This document shows positions 18,465-29,327 of a stretch of 64,000 bases of DNA, piece by piece. Origin of the DNA: an uncultured Verrucomicrobiae bacterium (GTDB lineage: Bacteria > Verrucomicrobiota > Verrucomicrobiia > Chthoniobacterales > JAFAMB01); NCBI GenBank assembly GCA_963762565.1, contig CAVXLD010000009.1, positions 64,001 to 128,000 of the forward strand, read 5' to 3'. The notes beneath the pieces are model-generated. The model searched no databases. It was given only the letters and a program-made list of their open reading frames with translations, and was not told where the DNA came from. A program made the translations under genes and the position numbers. Position 1 is the first letter of the stretch, and every line of letters starts with the position of its first letter.

Positions 18465-20975
18465 ATGAAATTTTTCGATCTCTTCCGACGATTCAGTCGG
18501 AGAACAATTACGGGGGCTTCTTTACCGCTGGCCGCCGGTTTTCTATTGTGGGCGGCGCCGTTGCGAGCAGAATTCGTCTACCTGTTAAATCAGACGGGCG
18601 AAGCCATCACGACCTACACCATCGGTTCAAACGGAGCACTGTCCCAGGTGGGTTCGCCCCTCAAGCCAACGTCCCCGTATTACCCCCTTTCTGAAACGAT
18701 GGATCCCAAAGGCCGGTTCGTGTTCTTCACAGACCTGTCAACGAACGGGACCAGCAACTACATCCAGGTCTACAGCATCGGTTCAAACGGAGCCCTTACC
18801 CAGGTGCCGGGGTCACCCGTCTCTCTACCAGTTGTCGGCAATTCGTTAACCGTGGATCCCACCGGCAAGTTCCTCTACGCAATATCCCCCGCGACTACCA
18901 CAGACCAAGGCACCATTGTGGCCTACAAGATCGGTGTTGACGGAACCCTAACAGCAGTCCCAGGGTCACCCTTCACGATAACACCGCTTCTTTATACCCG
19001 GTTCTGTACCATCGACCCGACCGGTAAATTCCTCTACACATCCGGTGGCGGGGGAAGCTCAGGTGGTGGCATCGCAGCCTACAGCATCGATTCAAACGGA
19101 GCCCTAACCCCGGTACCGGGATCGCCCTTCCCAGCCAGCACCGGCGTACTAGGTGCGACTTATGTGACGATAGATCCCACGGGGCGAGATCTCTTCACAT
19201 TGGATGTCTCGAATAGTAGGATCTTGGCCTACACCATTGGTTCAAACGGAGCCCTGACGCCGGTCTCGGGGTCGCCCTTTGCAACGCAGCCCCAGCCCGC
19301 GTCACTGACTCTGGATCCCACGGGCCAGTTTTTGTATGTAGGAAACCTTAGCGGCAACAACAACACCGTCTCGGTCTACAGTAACTCTGCCGGAACCCTG
19401 ACACCGATCTCCGGGTCACCTTTCCCTTTGCCCGTGCCGAGTGACCAGATTTGGTCTGTAACCCTGGACCCCACGGGTAGGTTCGCCTATGTCCAAGATT
19501 ATTATGACAGCACCCTCTTTACCTACAGCATCGGTTCGGGCGGAGGGCTAACGCTGGTCACCAGCAGCGCAATCCAAGCGAGTTCGTTTATTTCCATGCC
19601 ACTGCTTCCGCCGTTCATCTACGTACAAAACGAAAACGAATACACCAACATCACCACCTCCGCCTTTACTACCGATGCAAACGGGGCGCTCCTACCAGTC
19701 CCCGGGTCGCCGTTCCTAACCGGTCTTGACAACTTTGGTATTCCGGCGGTGGATCCGACCGCTAAGTTCGTCTACATAGTAAATTATGCCGACAACAACG
19801 CGTCGGTCTACAGCATCGGATCAACTGGATCATTGACCGCGCTATCGACCGTCGCAACCGGAAATGGACCCACGTCAGTGGGTGTAGACCCAACGGGTAG
19901 GTACCTTTACGTAGTCAACAGCCTTGACAACACCGTCTCTGCTTACACTGTCGGGTTAACCGGAACTCTGACACCGGTTACGGGCTCGCCCTTCGCTACC
20001 GGAGTCAGTCCGGAAACAGTCACCGTTGATCGCTCAGGTCAGTTTGTCTACGTGGTAAACTTGTACGACAACACAGTGTCGGCCTACAAAATCGGTTCAA
20101 CCGGAGCCCTGACCCCGGTCAAGGGGTCGCCCTTCGCAACTGGGAATTCCCCCTTTTCACTGACCGTCGATCCTGTGGGTAACTTCGCCTATGTAACTAA
20201 CGATAACGACAACACCGTCTCAGCCTACAGCATCGGGTCAAACGGAGCGCTGACCCAGGTTTCAGGATCGCCCTTCGCAACTGGGCAATCTCCGACTTCA
20301 GTGACGGTAGATCCCACGGGTCTATTCGTGTACGTAGTAAACGATGGCGACAACACCGTCTCGGCTTACAGCATTCTGGCGAACGGAGCACTGACACCGG
20401 TCACGGGAGCGCCCTTCGCAGCGGGGGAAGAACCCTATTGGTTGGCCATAGACCCAACCGCTAGCTACGCCTATGTCACCAACTTCGGAAATGACAACAT
20501 GTCCGCCTACGCCATCGGGTCAAATGGAGCCCTAAGTCCCATCTCTGGGTCGCCATTTGGGGGGTTAAGCTTGCCTGTTATAGTAAATGTTTCACCTATC
20601 CCGTTCGCGGCATCGACGACGTCCTTAGAAACCGTGACCGGGACGCCGCCGACCTTCACTCTGGATGACACTTTCACCCTGGGTAGGAACAGCACCGGGA
20701 TTGATCCTGTCACCCAACAGGTGACACTGCGGATTGACACCTTCGCCGTCACGATTCCGGCTAACAAGTTCAATCTGCTGACCGACGGCACCTTTAGGTT
20801 CGCTGGGACCATCAACAAGGTAAAATATCTGGTGACGATCAAGCCGCTGGGAAGCAATTCGTTTAAATTGTCTGCCAAAGGTACCGGTCAGGACTTGAGT
20901 ACTCTCGGGAAACAGGTCCCAATCGCGTTGACGGTTGGAGGGAACACCGGCGCCAGCACGGCGATTCACAAATAG
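18465..20975 (+). CDS. secreted tandem beta-propeller protein (lactonase/YVTN-like repeats)
   Basis: Signal peptide, about 14 repeats of S/AYxIGSxGALTxVxGSPF...TVDPTGxFxYV and a small C-terminal beta domain. Confidence 0.85.
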   Translation: MKFFDLFRRFSRRTITGASLPLAAGFLLWAAPLRAEFVYLLNQTGEAITTYTIGSNGALSQVGSPLKPTSPYYPLSETMDPKGRFVFFTDLSTNGTSNYIQVYSIGSNGALTQVPGSPVSLPVVGNSLTVDPTGKFLYAISPATTTDQGTIVAYKIGVDGTLTAVPGSPFTITPLLYTRFCTIDPTGKFLYTSGGGGSSGGGIAAYSIDSNGALTPVPGSPFPASTGVLGATYVTIDPTGRDLFTLDVSNSRILAYTIGSNGALTPVSGSPFATQPQPASLTLDPTGQFLYVGNLSGNNNTVSVYSNSAGTLTPISGSPFPLPVPSDQIWSVTLDPTGRFAYVQDYYDSTLFTYSIGSGGGLTLVTSSAIQASSFISMPLLPPFIYVQNENEYTNITTSAFTTDANGALLPVPGSPFLTGLDNFGIPAVDPTAKFVYIVNYADNNASVYSIGSTGSLTALSTVATGNGPTSVGVDPTGRYLYVVNSLDNTVSAYTVGLTGTLTPVTGSPFATGVSPETVTVDRSGQFVYVVNLYDNTVSAYKIGSTGALTPVKGSPFATGNSPFSLTVDPVGNFAYVTNDNDNTVSAYSIGSNGALTQVSGSPFATGQSPTSVTVDPTGLFVYVVNDGDNTVSAYSILANGALTPVTGAPFAAGEEPYWLAIDPTASYAYVTNFGNDNMSAYAIGSNGALSPISGSPFGGLSLPVIVNVSPIPFAASTTSLETVTGTPPTFTLDDTFTLGRNSTGIDPVTQQVTLRIDTFAVTIPANKFNLLTDGTFRFAGTINKVKYLVTIKPLGSNSFKLSAKGTGQDLSTLGKQVPIALTVGGNTGASTAIHK

Positions 20976-21363
20976 TAACCAAATTCGTGGGTCAGGGACG
21001 GGCCGGAAATCGGCCTGTCCCTGGCGTCGCGGGCGTCGCCTTCAGCTCCTTAAATGACGGATAACAGATGACAAATGACAGATTGACCAGGTCGGAGCGT
21101 TATGTCGTAGCGCGAGCGTCCCATCCTGAATTTGTCATTTGTAATCTGTCATCTGTCATCCGAACGAGCCTAAGGCGCCGCGCCCGCATCGCTACGCGAA
21201 GCGTTGCGGGCGGGAGTTCGGTAAGTGCCATCTTGACGGATAGGCCCCGGAAGGTGTTCTATTTCAAAGGGTTAGTTAACCATTCGGAGCGAGGGTTAGA
21301 TCGAACGGATTCACCGTTTAGAAGAACGATATTTTTGTAGCGGTTAGCTGGAGCACGACCAAT

Positions 21364-22146
21364 ATGCCAGACCCAGAAGAGGTGATCAGTCATTTCAAGA
21401 TTTGGGACGTCACGCCGGAACAGATGGACGTATCAATAAAGGTCTTCCTTACCGATCAGTCCCAAGACCATAAGCGAGAAGCAAACGCCAAAAAGCTAGT
21501 GTGGCTGGCAAACCCGGTCGAAAAGAATAACAAAAAGGAACCCAAAAAGAGTGAGAGACCCGGGAAAAAGAACAAGAAGTATGTGCATCTCACCGGATGG
21601 GAAATGAACTTCGACCCGGGCGATGACAACCCGCCAGCAGATACTTGACAGATCAGTAATCAGTTGAACGATTACAAGTTTGAGACCTGGACAATCGGCA
21701 AGCCGAAAATTCTGTTGCTTCCTGCTGCTAAAGCCGAACCGGACGAGAAGCTACCCGGCGCGTATCCGAAAGAGAAGGATCATTACTTGTGTTACGCCGT
21801 CGAGAAAGGAACGACCATTGACGTCGACATTGGGCTGACCGATCAGATCGATGACAAATTTAAGAAAGAAACAGGAGGGAAAGCGACAGAGGATATTACT
21901 AAGCTTACGCCGAAATACTTAGGCGTCCCCGTAAAAAAGGAGGGTGTCGGTGAGCCTAAAGATCGGATCAACCTAGACGCGCATCTCGCGATCTACGAGC
22001 TGAACAAGAAAAAGCGGCGCAAGTTTTCGGTCCAGTATCAGGTGCTTGATCAGTTCGTGCCCGGAAAGGGTGCAACGGTGACGGTAAACGAGAGCCACTA
22101 TCTGGCGGTACCGTCCAAGAAGAAACCCATAAAACCTAATAGATAA
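21364..22146 (+). pseudogene. four-repeat hypothetical protein interrupted by an in-frame TGA at 21646-21648
   Basis: ORFs 21364-21648 and 21664-22146 are in the same frame; the repeat H-x3-(Y/W)...(D/N)Q...P-x2-K continues across the stop. Confidence 0.65.
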
Positions 22147-22154
22147 GCTAGATA

Positions 22155-22226
22155 AGCCGGTGGTCGGGATTGAACCGACGACCCGCGCATTACGAATGCG
22201 CTGCTCTACCACTGAGCTACACCGGC
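22155..22226 (-). tRNA. tRNA-Thr(CGT)
   Basis: gccggtg tagctcagtggtagagc a gcgca ttCGTaa tgcgc gggtc gtcggttcaatcccgac caccggc t; CCA not encoded. Confidence 0.95.
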
Positions 22227-22639
22227 GGATTGGAGAGCCCAATTTATCGCCCGGTGAGGCGGCTCCGTCAAGCAGAGGCGGTAGGGCGTGCCTAGCTTGC
22301 GACCTGGGAGGGATCGCGTCCCCGCGACCAGTGGTTCGCGGAGGGCGGTACAGAGCAGATCGAGCGTTTTCCTAACTCCACGACGCAGACCTGTCGCGGC
22401 GCGCGAGGACGCGCGCCCTCCCACGTCAGGGGCACAGGTCAGCCTCCGGTAGGCAGCGCTCCACGGGTGGCGACCCCTTTCGGCCTCGCAAGCGAGGCAG
22501 CGCTCCACGATGTCGCTCCTGAATTGTCACTCGCGCGCTCGCCCGGCCTGTAATATTAGTAACAAACATCCCCGGCGTTTGACGGTTTCACGTACTGAGT
22601 CGGGGAAATCGAAAACACCAATTAGGAACTCTAGATTTT

Positions 22640-24439
22640 ATGCCAGAGGCCGATCCGCACCCAGCGAGCCCTTCGGAACAGGAAAATTTACCCCCAGCAA
22701 ATGTAACCGGCGAACTCCAGCTTGGCCCTTCGACAAGCTCAGGGCAGGCCCATCCGACAAGCTCAGGGCAACCCCTTTCGACGAGCTCAGCGGAGCCAAT
22801 TTCGACCAGCTTAATTGGGTCACCGAAACAGCCTGAAGAAGCCGTTTCTCGGAGAGATATTCCCTGGTTTCATGCGGAGCCCGATATCACCAGAGCGGTG
22901 ATCTCGAAGACGGAAGAGGAACTGTTGAGCAGCCTTTCGGCTTTGATGCGTAACCGGGTCGAGAACGAAAAATTGAAACGCCAAATGACGGCGAGCATGC
23001 AGGCGATCGAGGACGCCCACAAAGAGCATGCTGCGATCAAGAACCAGATTCGGAGCGCTGGGGATGAATTAGCCGCCCGGACTAAGGAACACGAGTCCAT
23101 CCGGGATGAGATCGCGCAGACCCAACAAAAACTGCAAGAGGAACGCAGCAAACATATTGAGCATCAGGAAGCCTGGTTCAAAACGCGTCACGAATTAGAA
23201 GAATCCCGGCGAAATGTGCAATCGGCTGCGTCCGAGCTAGGCGATACGCAGGAGACGAGTCGCTTGATGAAGTCCCAAGTGGCTGAGCTAAAGAAGGAGA
23301 TTAGCCGGTTACTTGGACAACGCGAATCGATGCTGGCTCAGCTACAACCGATCCGCGATGAACTGGATCAGCGTCTATCCGCTCGAGAAGCAATCATCGA
23401 GCAAGTCTCCGTCCTTGAACGACACGTTGAGTCTTTAACCGCAGAAAAGACCACCCTTTCAAAGGCGACGCCCGAGCAAGTCGGCGAACGGGTTCAGATA
23501 CAAAAAGAGCTGGACCAAGCTCGCGAAGAAATTGCTCAGCTTCGGCAAGAGGGCGAACGCTTGCGTTCCGATCATCAGCGTTTGACCACCGCAAAACAGG
23601 ATGCAGGAGCGGAGCTTTCGGATGTACAGGGACGGTTAACCAGTCTTCGGTTCGGACACGCCGAGCTTCTGGAGCAGATAAATCAAGCTCACCAAAATCA
23701 CACGGTGCTGCAAGAGAACATCAAGCAGGCCGGGGAAACCCATAGCGATCTGTTGCAGAAGATCGCGGAGGCCAAAGAAGCCCTGGCTCTTACACAGCGG
23801 CAGCACGAAGAAGCTAGCAAGCAGCGGCCGGTTGAAGCGCCACAAGCTCCGGCTGTTCTTAAAGAGCCGGAAGCCCCGGCACTCGAACCGGTTGCCAAAG
23901 AAGCGCCTAAGGTAGAGGTAAAGGCGGAACCCCCGCCCAAGGTCGAGCCTCCGGAGCCGGAACTCCCGCTGGTTGCATCGCATCCTATCCCGCCAGTGGC
24001 TTCTTCCTGGGATTCTTACGTATTGGAGAGTGAATTTTTCACTGAGGAAACGCTGGACGCGTCGCGCATCGCCGAGCTAGTGACCAACCTACCGGGAATT
24101 GAGCACTCGCTAATCGTCCAACAATTTGGCTTCGTTTTAGCGAATCGGTTGCCTCAACGTCTGCATTCCTTGTTCCAAGTCCCGCGTCGCGACTACTCGC
24201 TTCTGTACGACCGGCTACCGAATAAGGTCCGAGATTATCCGAATCTCGCTACTCGCGTGAGTACGTTCCAGACCGGAGACGAGTTTCTCACTTTATCGGG
24301 TAGCAAGGACGTTTTCTTAGCCCTTACCCACGAGGCGCCGACGCTTCGCCCTGGCTTGCCTGAAAAAATCGCTATCGTAGCGGAGGAACTGGGCAAGATG
24401 TATCCCCAGGTAACGCCGGCAACGCCGGCAGCGCCGTGA
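22640..24439 (+). CDS. long coiled-coil protein with Pro-rich linker and C-terminal Roadblock/LC7-like domain
   Basis: Heptad-rich ~300 aa segment, PE/PK linker and LVTNLPGIEHSLIVQQFGFVLA resembling Roadblock/MglB. Confidence 0.7.
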   Translation: MPEADPHPASPSEQENLPPANVTGELQLGPSTSSGQAHPTSSGQPLSTSSAEPISTSLIGSPKQPEEAVSRRDIPWFHAEPDITRAVISKTEEELLSSLSALMRNRVENEKLKRQMTASMQAIEDAHKEHAAIKNQIRSAGDELAARTKEHESIRDEIAQTQQKLQEERSKHIEHQEAWFKTRHELEESRRNVQSAASELGDTQETSRLMKSQVAELKKEISRLLGQRESMLAQLQPIRDELDQRLSAREAIIEQVSVLERHVESLTAEKTTLSKATPEQVGERVQIQKELDQAREEIAQLRQEGERLRSDHQRLTTAKQDAGAELSDVQGRLTSLRFGHAELLEQINQAHQNHTVLQENIKQAGETHSDLLQKIAEAKEALALTQRQHEEASKQRPVEAPQAPAVLKEPEAPALEPVAKEAPKVEVKAEPPPKVEPPEPELPLVASHPIPPVASSWDSYVLESEFFTEETLDASRIAELVTNLPGIEHSLIVQQFGFVLANRLPQRLHSLFQVPRRDYSLLYDRLPNKVRDYPNLATRVSTFQTGDEFLTLSGSKDVFLALTHEAPTLRPGLPEKIAIVAEELGKMYPQVTPATPAAP

Positions 24440-24657
24440 ACGGCGAGAACGCCGCAAGGGAGGGCGCGCGTCCTCGCGCGCCGCGAAAACGTGCCGGGCC
24501 TACAGACGGTGTTTAATCGCTCAAGGGACACGCGCTCGGCTCCGCGAATAACGGATCGCGAGGATCCGACGTCGCCAGCGCTGAGAAGAAAAGACCCACG
24601 ATGGAAGGCTATGTCGGACAGGCTGCGGTCCCTCCTTCGTTAAAACGCGCCACGGAA

Positions 24658-26577
24658 TCACCGGCCGCCTACGCTCGTCACCGTCCGTTTCGTGACTTGG
24701 ATCCCTCGAGACTTTGCACCTCGGATCTGCATATCTTTCGCTGCGAAGGTTTGTTCATCGACACGAGTACCTTTCGCATGCCGGTATTTCAGACGCAGCT
24801 CCGTCACCGGTCGATCGGTGATAAACTTAATCTTGGCGCCTTCCTGGGTGCAGAAATAATCCCGGTTCATAATGGCGCCACCGAAAGCGAACCGCTTGAT
24901 AAAGCTCGCCTTGGGCGTGCTATACACGATCGTGAATACCTTTTCCCGATCATAGATTTGGAAATACTTCACGTCCTTATCCACAAACAGTTTGTCGGGT
25001 GGCGGGATCATCTGGTAGCGGCCGTTTTCCCAAACCACCAATAACTTATCTAGTGGTGAACAGCGAAAAGCGGCTTCGCCTTTGACTTCCGACCCGAGAA
25101 ACCCCCGTTCTTGATCGTAGACGATGGCTAGTTCGTTCGCGGTTAGCTCTCTAACGTCGATCTCCTCTGTCTCGATGCTTTTCGTGCGCCGCTTATACTG
25201 TTTGCCATAGCGTTCGATCAGGCCTTCGAGATAACCGATGACGTACGAGGTCAGCTGTCGAAGGTTCTTTCGAGCCTCCTTCAGGTCTTCCACGATTTTG
25301 AGTTTCTCGTCTTCGTTCTTCTGGAGATCGAACTTCGAGATCCGTTTGATTTGGAGTCCGAGCAGCATCTCCACGTCGTCGATCGTGATCTCGCGGGTTA
25401 ATTGCACTCTCAGAGCAGCCAGACCTCGCAAGACAGTTTGCTGGACATCCTCGTAAGTCTCGCAATCTTCAATCCGCTTGTAGATCCTGTGCTCGATAAA
25501 AAGTTGGACCAGGGTCTTACGATGAAGTTCTTCCGTGAGCTCGTCTCGGCGAATCTCAAGCTCGCGTTTTAGAAGGCTAACTAATTGGTCCGTATTGGCG
25601 CGAATAACTTGCTCAACATCGAGTTGGACCGGGCGTTCTCCCTGAATCACAACCAGGTTCGAATGCAGAACGACTTCGCACTGCGAAAAATGATAGAGAG
25701 CCGCAATCGCTTTATCGGGGTCTTCACCCGGCGATAGAGTAATTACGATTTCAACCGTGGCAGCCGTGAAATCGTTGATCGAGCGGATCTTGACCTTCTT
25801 TTTTCGAGCAGCATCTTCAATCGAGCTGATCACGGACTCCGTCGTGGTACTAAATGGGATCTCCCGAATTACGAGGTGGTTCTGATCACGTTTTTCGATC
25901 TTCGCCCGGAGTTTGACTTTGCCGTTTCCTTTATCGTACTCGCTGGCGTCCATGAGCCCGCCTTGAGGAAAGTCCGGCAACAGCTTGAATTTCTTGTCTT
26001 GGAGGACGGCGATCTGCGCCTTGAGTAATTCCACGAAATTGTGGGGCAAGATCCGCGTCGACAGTCCCACCGCGATCCCTTCGGAGCCCAGCATCAAAAT
26101 CAGGGGCAACTTGCTTGGCAAAATAACCGGTTCTTGATTCCGGCCATCGTAACTCGGGACGTACTCAGTCAGCTTCGGATTAAATAGCTCGTTCCTGGCC
26201 AGGTCGGTGAGCCGGCATTCAATGTACCGAGACGCTGCAGCAGGATCACCGGTGAAAATATTCCCGAAGTTACCTTGTCCTTCGATCAGGTAGCTCCGAT
26301 TAACCAGGTTGACTAAGGCGTCCTCGATCGAAGCATCGCCGTGGGGATGATACTGCATGCAGTGGCCAACGATGTTTGCCACTTTGTTGAAGCGGCCATC
26401 ATCCTTCTCATAGAGCGCATGCAGGATCCGGCGTTGCACCGGCTTAAGCCCATCTTCCAACTGCGGAATAGCCCGATCCCGAATGACGTACGACGCGTAC
26501 TGAATGAAATTCTCGTTAATCAGATCCTTTAGGGGATCTTCGGGCAGGTGAATGAGGGTGGCGGAGTTAGACGACAT
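24658..26577 (-). CDS. parC: DNA topoisomerase IV subunit A (short type)
   Basis: DGLKPVQRR, YHPHGD, QGNFG and AASRYIECRL with catalytic Tyr; reduced CTD. Confidence 0.88.
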   Translation of the reverse strand: MSSNSATLIHLPEDPLKDLINENFIQYASYVIRDRAIPQLEDGLKPVQRRILHALYEKDDGRFNKVANIVGHCMQYHPHGDASIEDALVNLVNRSYLIEGQGNFGNIFTGDPAAASRYIECRLTDLARNELFNPKLTEYVPSYDGRNQEPVILPSKLPLILMLGSEGIAVGLSTRILPHNFVELLKAQIAVLQDKKFKLLPDFPQGGLMDASEYDKGNGKVKLRAKIEKRDQNHLVIREIPFSTTTESVISSIEDAARKKKVKIRSINDFTAATVEIVITLSPGEDPDKAIAALYHFSQCEVVLHSNLVVIQGERPVQLDVEQVIRANTDQLVSLLKRELEIRRDELTEELHRKTLVQLFIEHRIYKRIEDCETYEDVQQTVLRGLAALRVQLTREITIDDVEMLLGLQIKRISKFDLQKNEDEKLKIVEDLKEARKNLRQLTSYVIGYLEGLIERYGKQYKRRTKSIETEEIDVRELTANELAIVYDQERGFLGSEVKGEAAFRCSPLDKLLVVWENGRYQMIPPPDKLFVDKDVKYFQIYDREKVFTIVYSTPKASFIKRFAFGGAIMNRDYFCTQEGAKIKFITDRPVTELRLKYRHAKGTRVDEQTFAAKDMQIRGAKSRGIQVTKRTVTSVGGR

Positions 26578-26770
26578 TTACCAAATCGTGAGAAGTGAGA
26601 GGTGAGAGGTGAGAGGTGATTGGCCGGGAGGGCGCGCGTCCTCGCGCGCCGCGTTAGATCTGCAGTTGTCCATATACTTGAACGCTCGATAAGATCCCAC
26701 CATTACCTCCGCGAACGACTGATCGCGAGGACGCGATCCCTTCCGGCGCTGGGTCTGCCACTTCTCATCT

Positions 26771-28589
26771 TTAGGCCGACACGGGTTCCTCGACCACCAG
26801 ATGGTCCATGATGAACTGCCGCCGGGCGGGAGTGTTTTTGCCCATATAGAATTGCAGGAGAGGCTGGACCACATGGCCGTCATCGACTGAGACATGGGTT
26901 AACTTCATCGCTGGACCGATGAATGCCTTGAACTCTGATGGAGAGATTTCTCCCAAGCCTTTGAACCGGGTGATCTCCGGGTTCTTAATCTTGCGCATGG
27001 CTTCATCGCGTTCGGCTTCCGAGTAGCAATAGAAGGTTTGCTTTTTGTCTCGCACCCGGAACAGCGGCGTTTCCAAAATAAAAACGTGGCCGGCGGTAAT
27101 AATGTCCGGAAAAAAGCGAAGAAAACAGGTGATTAGAAGGTTGCGGATATGGAGTCCATCGACATCGGCGTCCGTTGCCAGGATCACTTTGCCGTAACGC
27201 AAATTCTGCAGAGTTTCCTCCACGTTCAAGGTCCGCATCAGATTGAAGATCTCGTCGTTCTTGTAAACGATCGTGCGGTTGAGATCCCAAACATTGAGCG
27301 GTTTCCCTTTCAAGGTAAACACGGCCTGCACATTCGGATCCCGGCAACTGGTGATGGAACCCGCCGCCGACTGGCCTTCGGTTATAAAAATCATGGATTC
27401 ATGGCCAGCCCCCTTTTCTAAGTTCAAATGAACTTTGCAATCCTTGAGTTGAGGAATGCGTAAGGAGATGGCCGCTGATCGTTCCCGGGCGAGTTTACGG
27501 ACATCTTGCAATTCTTTACGCAGCCGCTGGGTTTCCTGAATCTTCGTCAGTAAGCGTTCGGTTGCTTCGCTGTTCTTATGGAGAAGCGTGGCAACGATGT
27601 CGCGGACCTTCGCGACCAACTCGGTTCTGATTTCGGTATTACCAAGTTTGTTTTTGGTTTGAGATTCGAAAACCGGGTCCTTCAACCGAATCGCGATCGC
27701 GCCCACTAAACCTTCACGCACATCGTCTCCTTCGAACTTCGCTTTGCCCACATCGTTAATCGCTTTCAGGATCCCTTCCCGGAAAGCGCTCAAATGCGTT
27801 CCCCCATCCGAGGTATACTGACCGTTAACGAAGGCGTAATGCTCTTCGGACAATCGATTCGTGTGAGTAAACGCTATCTCGATCATCTTTTCCCGGAGAT
27901 GGAGAATTGGATAAATCGCGTTCCTCCGCCACGTCCTCTTCCAGCAGGTCTTTGAGTCCGTTTTCAGAGGTGAACACCTGCCCGTTGAATTTGATTCTGA
28001 GCCCGGCGTTCAGATAGGTGTAGAGATGGATTCGGCGAAATAGATGTTCTTCCCGGAACCGGAAGCTCTTAAAGATGGCGGGATCTGGCGCGAACACGAT
28101 TTCGGTGCCGTCGGGCGCGTTTTGTTTCCCCCGTTTTTGTGATTTTAATTCGCCCCGGCTGAAATCCGCTTTAAAGAACTGGCCGTCCCGATAACTGGTG
28201 ACCGTGAACTCCTCTGACAACGCGTTTACCGCCTTAGTGCCCACCCCGTTCAAGCCGACGCTGAATTGGAAAACATCGTCATTATATTTAGCGCCGGTAT
28301 TAATCCGAGAAACGCAATCGATGACCTTGCCCAATGGGATCCCGCGACCAAAATCCCGGACGCGCACAACGCTGGTATCGAGCGAGATTTCGACCTGTTT
28401 GCCATATCCCATAATGAACTCATCGATGGCGTTATCGATGACCTCTTTGATCAAGACATAAATGCCGTCATCATAATGGCTACCGTCGCCCAACCGGCCG
28501 ATGTACATGCCGGTTCGAGTCCGGATATGCTCCAGGGACGAGAGGGTTTTGATCTTGCTCTCATCGTAATTGTGTTTCTTAGACGACAT
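26771..28589 (-). pseudogene. parE: DNA topoisomerase IV subunit B with an apparent frameshift near 27915-27922
   Basis: The N-part (EHIRTRTGMYIG, EVIDNAIDE, GLNGVG) and C-part (GGTH, FESQTK, EGQSA, DADVDG, RFKGLGE) lie in different frames; removing one base gives EEDVAEE-x-IYPILHLREKMIEIAF. Confidence 0.8.
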
Positions 28590-28761
28590 AGAATTAGGAT
28601 CGGGAGAGTGACATGGAGGCCCCCTGCTTGCAAGACGCGGCAAGCGGGTCGGGGTAGAGGTTATCGGAGTAGAAAAGGCGATCTGAGATTACGCGGCAGT
28701 ATAACGCAAAATGCTCAAAACCGGAAGGGGTGTGCGAAGCCCACGTTGTTTTTTTTCTTTC

Positions 28762-29101
28762 CCGTCCTCGTCCTCGATTTGGGCCCGCGCGTTCGAGGAT
28801 CGGCTTTCGCCCAGGGCTGGTGGGGCGAGGCTCCGGAATAGCCGAAAAGGATTCGCAGCGTCAACCGTCATTTCGTCGGTCTACCGGCTGCGACGTCTGA
28901 CCGCTGCCGAGCCGAGGGTTGCGCGACCCACGGCTCGGCAGCGTTCAGGTATTGCGCGCCGTATAACAACGAAACATCGATTTGCCCTGCGACAACGATG
29001 GCCTATTCCGGAGCCTCGCCCTAGCAGCGCTGGACGAATGCGTATCGTGGAACGCGCATGCCCATATCGAGGACGAGGACGACGACGAGGACGAGAACGA
29101 T
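28762..29101. repeat. MITE-like element (GTGGGGCGAGGCT family)
   Basis: Arms cgtcctcgtcctcgat / atcgaggacgaggacg; homologous to 16900-17358. Confidence 0.7.
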
Positions 29102-29327
29102 TGATACGTGGCACACCCTGGGCAACGGCTCGGCGCGTCAATAGGCCCTGGTTACTAATTGGTCGAGTACCTGCAGCTTCCCTTGACTAAAGCGGTGGGT
29201 CTTTCGGGAGCCCGCCTCCGCCAGGCCTGCGGCGCGGCAGGCTCTCGCCCCACCAAGTGCGGCACCGATTTGTCATTTGTCATTTGTCATCCTTCCCCCC
29301 TGCCGCTTACCATACTCCCGACTCTCA

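Noticed and set aside
18465..20975. DNA-level repeat array or diversity-generating element
   Set aside because: The ~138-nt repeats are explained by beta-propeller blades; there is no reverse transcriptase or template/variable pair.
21646..21648. Selenocysteine codon
   Set aside because: No redox motif context and no convincing SECIS-like hairpin directly downstream.
24658..28589. DNA gyrase gyrA/gyrB
   Set aside because: The A subunit is short with no GyrA-box or full beta-pinwheel, which fits the short topo IV type.
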